Assembly (NCBI GenBank): GCA_944381365.1
Contig: CALWKW010000002.1
Location: 385,952 to 449,951 of the forward strand
DNA: 64,000 nucleotides
Source of the DNA: an uncultured Christensenellaceae bacterium
GTDB lineage: Bacteria > Bacillota > Clostridia > Christensenellales > UBA3700
Reading direction: 5' to 3'
The position numbers were made by a program, and so were the translations under genes. Below are positions 61,888-64,000 of the stretch, one piece after another (positions within the stretch are counted from its first letter, which is position 1; each line of letters begins with the position of its first letter). The notes beneath the pieces were generated by a model that made no database searches, had not been told where the DNA came from, and saw nothing but the letters and a program-made list of their open reading frames with translations.

Positions 61888-62871
61888 TTAAAGCATTTTT
61901 GCTCTTAATTCTTCGCCGCTTAAAGGTGAGAGATAAGAAGGTGCGACATCGAGTACGGTAATACAGCCTGTCTTGCCTTCCTTGCTCATTCTGTATACGG
62001 CTCTTGCATAAGCCACGAGTACGGATGAAGTAAAAGCAGGGTTTGAATCGAGCTTCAAAGAATATTCGATGACATTGTTGTATTCATCGTGTTCGCCTGT
62101 CTGACCGCTGCGAATTACAAAACCGCCATGAGGAATACCGTTGTGTTTTTCTTTGAGTTCTTCCATAGAAATAAAGTTGACGGTAGTATCGTAATCGGCA
62201 AAATAATTGGGCATCTCCTTGATTTGCTTTTCGATAGATGCTTTGTCTGCTCCTTCTTCTACTACTACAAAACATTCTCTTGTGTGCTTTTGTCTTGTGG
62301 TAAGCTGAGGATTCTTTCCGCTTCTTACTGCCTCGAGAGCACTCTCCACAGGCACTGTGTATTGTCTTGCGTCAAGCACGCCTTTAATTCTTCTGATTGC
62401 GTCAGAGTGTCCCTGACTTACGCCCTTGCCCCAGAATGTATAAGTAGCACCGCCGGGCAATACGCTTTCTGCATAAACACGGTTTAAAGAGAACATACCG
62501 GGATCCCAGCCGCAGCTTATAAGTGCCAAAGTATTGTTTTGTTTTGCGGCATTGTCTACGTCTTGGAAATGCTGAGGAATGTTGGCATGAGTATCGAAGC
62601 TGTCGATTACATTAAAATATTTTGCTACTTCAGGAGTCTGCTTGGGCAAATCCGTAGCAGAACCGCCGCACAAAATAAGCACATCTATATCATTTTTGTA
62701 ATTTGCGATATCTTCAGCTTTATATACATTTACGCCCTTGGTAATAGGGGTAATGCTGTCGGGATTTCTTCTTGTAAAAATAGCAACGAGTTGTGTATCG
62801 GCATTATGAGCGACTGCGTTTTCTACGCCTTTTCCCAAATTGCCGTATCCTAAAATACCTATTCTAATCAT
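61888..62871 (-). CDS. ddh: meso-diaminopimelate D-dehydrogenase
   Basis: 327 aa, collinear with Corynebacterium Ddh as I recall it. Blocks: IGILGYGNLGKGVE, GWDPGMFS, FWGKGVSQGHSDA, PHGGFVI and LDSNPAFT. Confidence 0.9.
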   Translation of the reverse strand: MIRIGILGYGNLGKGVENAVAHNADTQLVAIFTRRNPDSITPITKGVNVYKAEDIANYKNDIDVLILCGGSATDLPKQTPEVAKYFNVIDSFDTHANIPQHFQDVDNAAKQNNTLALISCGWDPGMFSLNRVYAESVLPGGATYTFWGKGVSQGHSDAIRRIKGVLDARQYTVPVESALEAVRSGKNPQLTTRQKHTRECFVVVEEGADKASIEKQIKEMPNYFADYDTTVNFISMEELKEKHNGIPHGGFVIRSGQTGEHDEYNNVIEYSLKLDSNPAFTSSVLVAYARAVYRMSKEGKTGCITVLDVAPSYLSPLSGEELRAKML

Positions 62872-62903
62872 ATTCAGTACTCCTTTTATTCTGAATTTTC
62901 TCT

Positions 62904-62934
62904 ATTATATAACACTCATTGTTTGTTTGTCCAA
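62904..62934 (-). promoter_or_regulatory. ddh promoter
   Basis: On the minus strand: TTGGAC, 17 nt, TATATA (overlapping TATAAT), about 35 nt upstream of the AAAGGAG RBS. Confidence 0.45.
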
Positions 62935-63060
62935 AATTTTTTATAAAAAAATTATGTGAGTATTGAATTTTTTTATGGATAAAATAAATCGTGAATATTA
63001 AAAATACATAATCGTATTTTGCAAAATAATATACACCAATTACCCTATAAATCTATTACA

Positions 63061-63087
63061 AAAACAAAAAGCGGGAAAATCCCGCTT
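63061..63087 (-). terminator. rho-independent terminator upstream of the ddh promoter
   Basis: AAAGCGGGA-ttt-TCCCGCTTT followed by TTTTGTTTTTG on the minus strand. Confidence 0.7.
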
Positions 63088-63205
63088 TCTGCAAATTGTA
63101 CAAATCCGACAAATATTCTTTTGTTCCTCAAAGCCAAATCTCTGCCGCATAAAGAATATTGTCTATCCCTTTACTGATTATTCTCGTAGCCCCAAGGTGC
63201 TATCT
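63061..63205 (-). ncRNA. candidate ~145-nt small RNA (promoter-to-terminator unit with no credible ORF)
   Basis: Defined by the promoter at 63212-63240 and the terminator at 63061-63087. Contains an internal 10-bp hairpin AATATTCTTT/AAAGAATATT (63111-63160). No RBS-preceded ORF. Confidence 0.3.
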
Positions 63206-63231
63206 TGCTTATATTCTACTACCTTGGGGCT
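63186..63231. promoter_or_regulatory. 12-bp perfect inverted repeat (operator candidate for the adjacent XRE regulator)
   Basis: TAGCCCCAAGGT, 22 nt, ACCTTGGGGCTA. The right arm fills the spacer of the minus-strand promoter and the left arm lies at about +8 to +19. Confidence 0.5.
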
Positions 63232-63240
63232 AAAATGTCA
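63212..63240 (-). promoter_or_regulatory. near-consensus promoter divergent from XRE paralogue B
   Basis: On the minus strand: TTGACA, 17 nt, TAGAAT. Confidence 0.5.
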
Positions 63241-63273
63241 ACAAATACATATAATAACCTAAACAGGAGTTTT

Positions 63274-63483
63274 ATGAAAGTTATTGTAGCTCAAAGAATA
63301 AAAGAATTGATGCAGGAAAACGGACTCAACCAAGTTCAGCTTGCTGAAAAAATCGGGTTGAAACAAAATACTATAAGTGCATGGCTTTTAGGCAAAAAGG
63401 AGCCTTGCATCACAAGTCTTTGGGCATTGGCAGATTATTTCGATGTGGATATAGATTATCTTGTAGGTCGCAAAAACTATTGA
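63274..63483 (+). CDS. XRE-family HTH regulator (paralogue B)
   Basis: I place the start at MKVIVAQRIKEL (AGGAG RBS). HTH block NGLNQVQLAEKIGLKQNTISAWLLGKK. The C-terminal DVDIDYLVG matches DTDINYLIG of paralogue A. TATAAT box at 63250-63255. Confidence 0.85.
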   Translation: MKVIVAQRIKELMQENGLNQVQLAEKIGLKQNTISAWLLGKKEPCITSLWALADYFDVDIDYLVGRKNY

Positions 63484-63484
63484 C

Positions 63485-63518
63485 AAAAATCCCGCCTTTT
63501 GAGCGGGATTTTTTTTTG
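63485..63518. terminator. bidirectional terminator
   Basis: ATCCCGC-cttttga-GCGGGAT, flanked by an A-run and a run of 9 T. Confidence 0.8.
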
Positions 63519-63558
63519 ATAATGATTTTAATCTTTTTGATAAATTTTATCTTCTGAC

Positions 63559-64000
63559 TTATTCTGATTTTTTTGTTTTTGAATTTGTGCTTGTCTTCGA
63601 GCTTTTGCTTGAAGGGGAAGATTTTGAAGAGGTCTTAGAGTTTGAAGTCGTCTTCGAAGCAGACTTTTCGGCTGTCTTTTTGGAAGAAGCATTTATTCCT
63701 TCTTTTGTCGATTTTGTCGCTTTTTGACTATTAGCGGATTTTGAAGTGCTTGCCTCCTTCTCGCTCTTTTGACTCTTTAATACTTTTTCTTCTTTATCCT
63801 TAGTCGATTTAGGTTGGGAAGATTTTGCATTATCTACTGCTTTTGATTTTTTCGAGGTGCTTGAAGATGTTGACTTTTTAGTCTCTTTTTTAGTACTCTT
63901 TTTCTCCTTGATTTTCTCGTCTTTCGGCTCTACCAAGCTTTTGAATTCTTTTAATATATCCTCGTCATTTTCATCGTTTTGAAGCGTCATAAATCTGTTT
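63559..64000 (-). CDS. Lys/Ser-rich low-complexity protein or C-terminal tail (5' end may lie outside the window)
   Basis: The ORF is open to the window edge. The first in-window Met is at 63990. Composition is dominated by K, S and T (STSKKSKA, KTSSKSSPSSKSSKTSTNSKTKK). Confidence 0.4.
   Translation of the reverse strand, partial: NRFMTLQNDENDEDILKEFKSLVEPKDEKIKEKKSTKKETKKSTSSSTSKKSKAVDNAKSSQPKSTKDKEEKVLKSQKSEKEASTSKSANSQKATKSTKEGINASSKKTAEKSASKTTSNSKTSSKSSPSSKSSKTSTNSKTKKSE

Noticed and set aside
63039-63149. A Cys-rich 36-aa ORF (MRQRFGFEEQKNICRICTICRKRDFPAFCFCNRFIG) inside the candidate sRNA.
   Set aside because: It has no Shine-Dalgarno sequence. The ORF reads straight through the terminator hairpin, whose GC stem supplies several of the codons.
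1-64000. Mobile elements, CRISPR arrays, rRNA genes and prophage genes.
   Set aside because: I found no transposase, integrase, recombinase or reverse-transcriptase motifs. I also found no terminal inverted repeats flanking a gene, no repeat-spacer arrays and no rRNA-like sequence.

Overview
Low-GC, Firmicutes/Clostridia-like chromosomal segment. Supporting gene content: cdaA, comEC-holA, ECF transporters, many lipobox lipoproteins, and TGA used as a stop codon. Almost all genes are on the minus strand.

Core genes I can support: ung (partial, at the left edge and missed by the ORF track), a PHP-family phosphatase, aspartate kinase, a DUF1015 protein, cdaA, holA, comEC, inorganic pyrophosphatase, tRNA-Leu(CAA), flavodoxin, citrate synthase and meso-DAP dehydrogenase.

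Accessory content of most interest:
1. A roughly 21-kb block to the right of tRNA-Leu (24.4-46 kb) in which every operon looks iron/heme related. It holds a flavodoxin operon, a six-gene operon and an AraC + ABC heterodimer operon. The six-gene operon encodes two fused MacB-type ABC proteins, two giant lipoproteins, a NEAT-domain protein and a methyltransferase.
2. A second NEAT-like lipoprotein / CydDC-like / ECF operon at 6.8-14 kb.
3. Two adjacent DtxR-family paralogues, plus nine copies of one 16-bp palindrome architecture. The palindromes come in two single-base flavours (GTTAG-N6-CTAAC and GTTCG-N6-CGAAC) and sit at the promoters or 5'UTRs of exactly these operons.
4. A 1890-aa SF1 (Upf1-like) helicase with a nuclease-like domain. 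It is bracketed by two paralogous XRE regulators and has an unexplained tandem repeat and an 82-nt hairpin just past its stop codon.
5. A candidate small RNA with an inverted-repeat-embedded promoter next to the second XRE gene.

Two decayed genes are present: an ABC ATPase stub and a chrA remnant. I saw no rRNA, CRISPR array, transposase, integrase or reverse transcriptase.

All family assignments are from reading motifs by eye. None has been verified by an HMM or database search.
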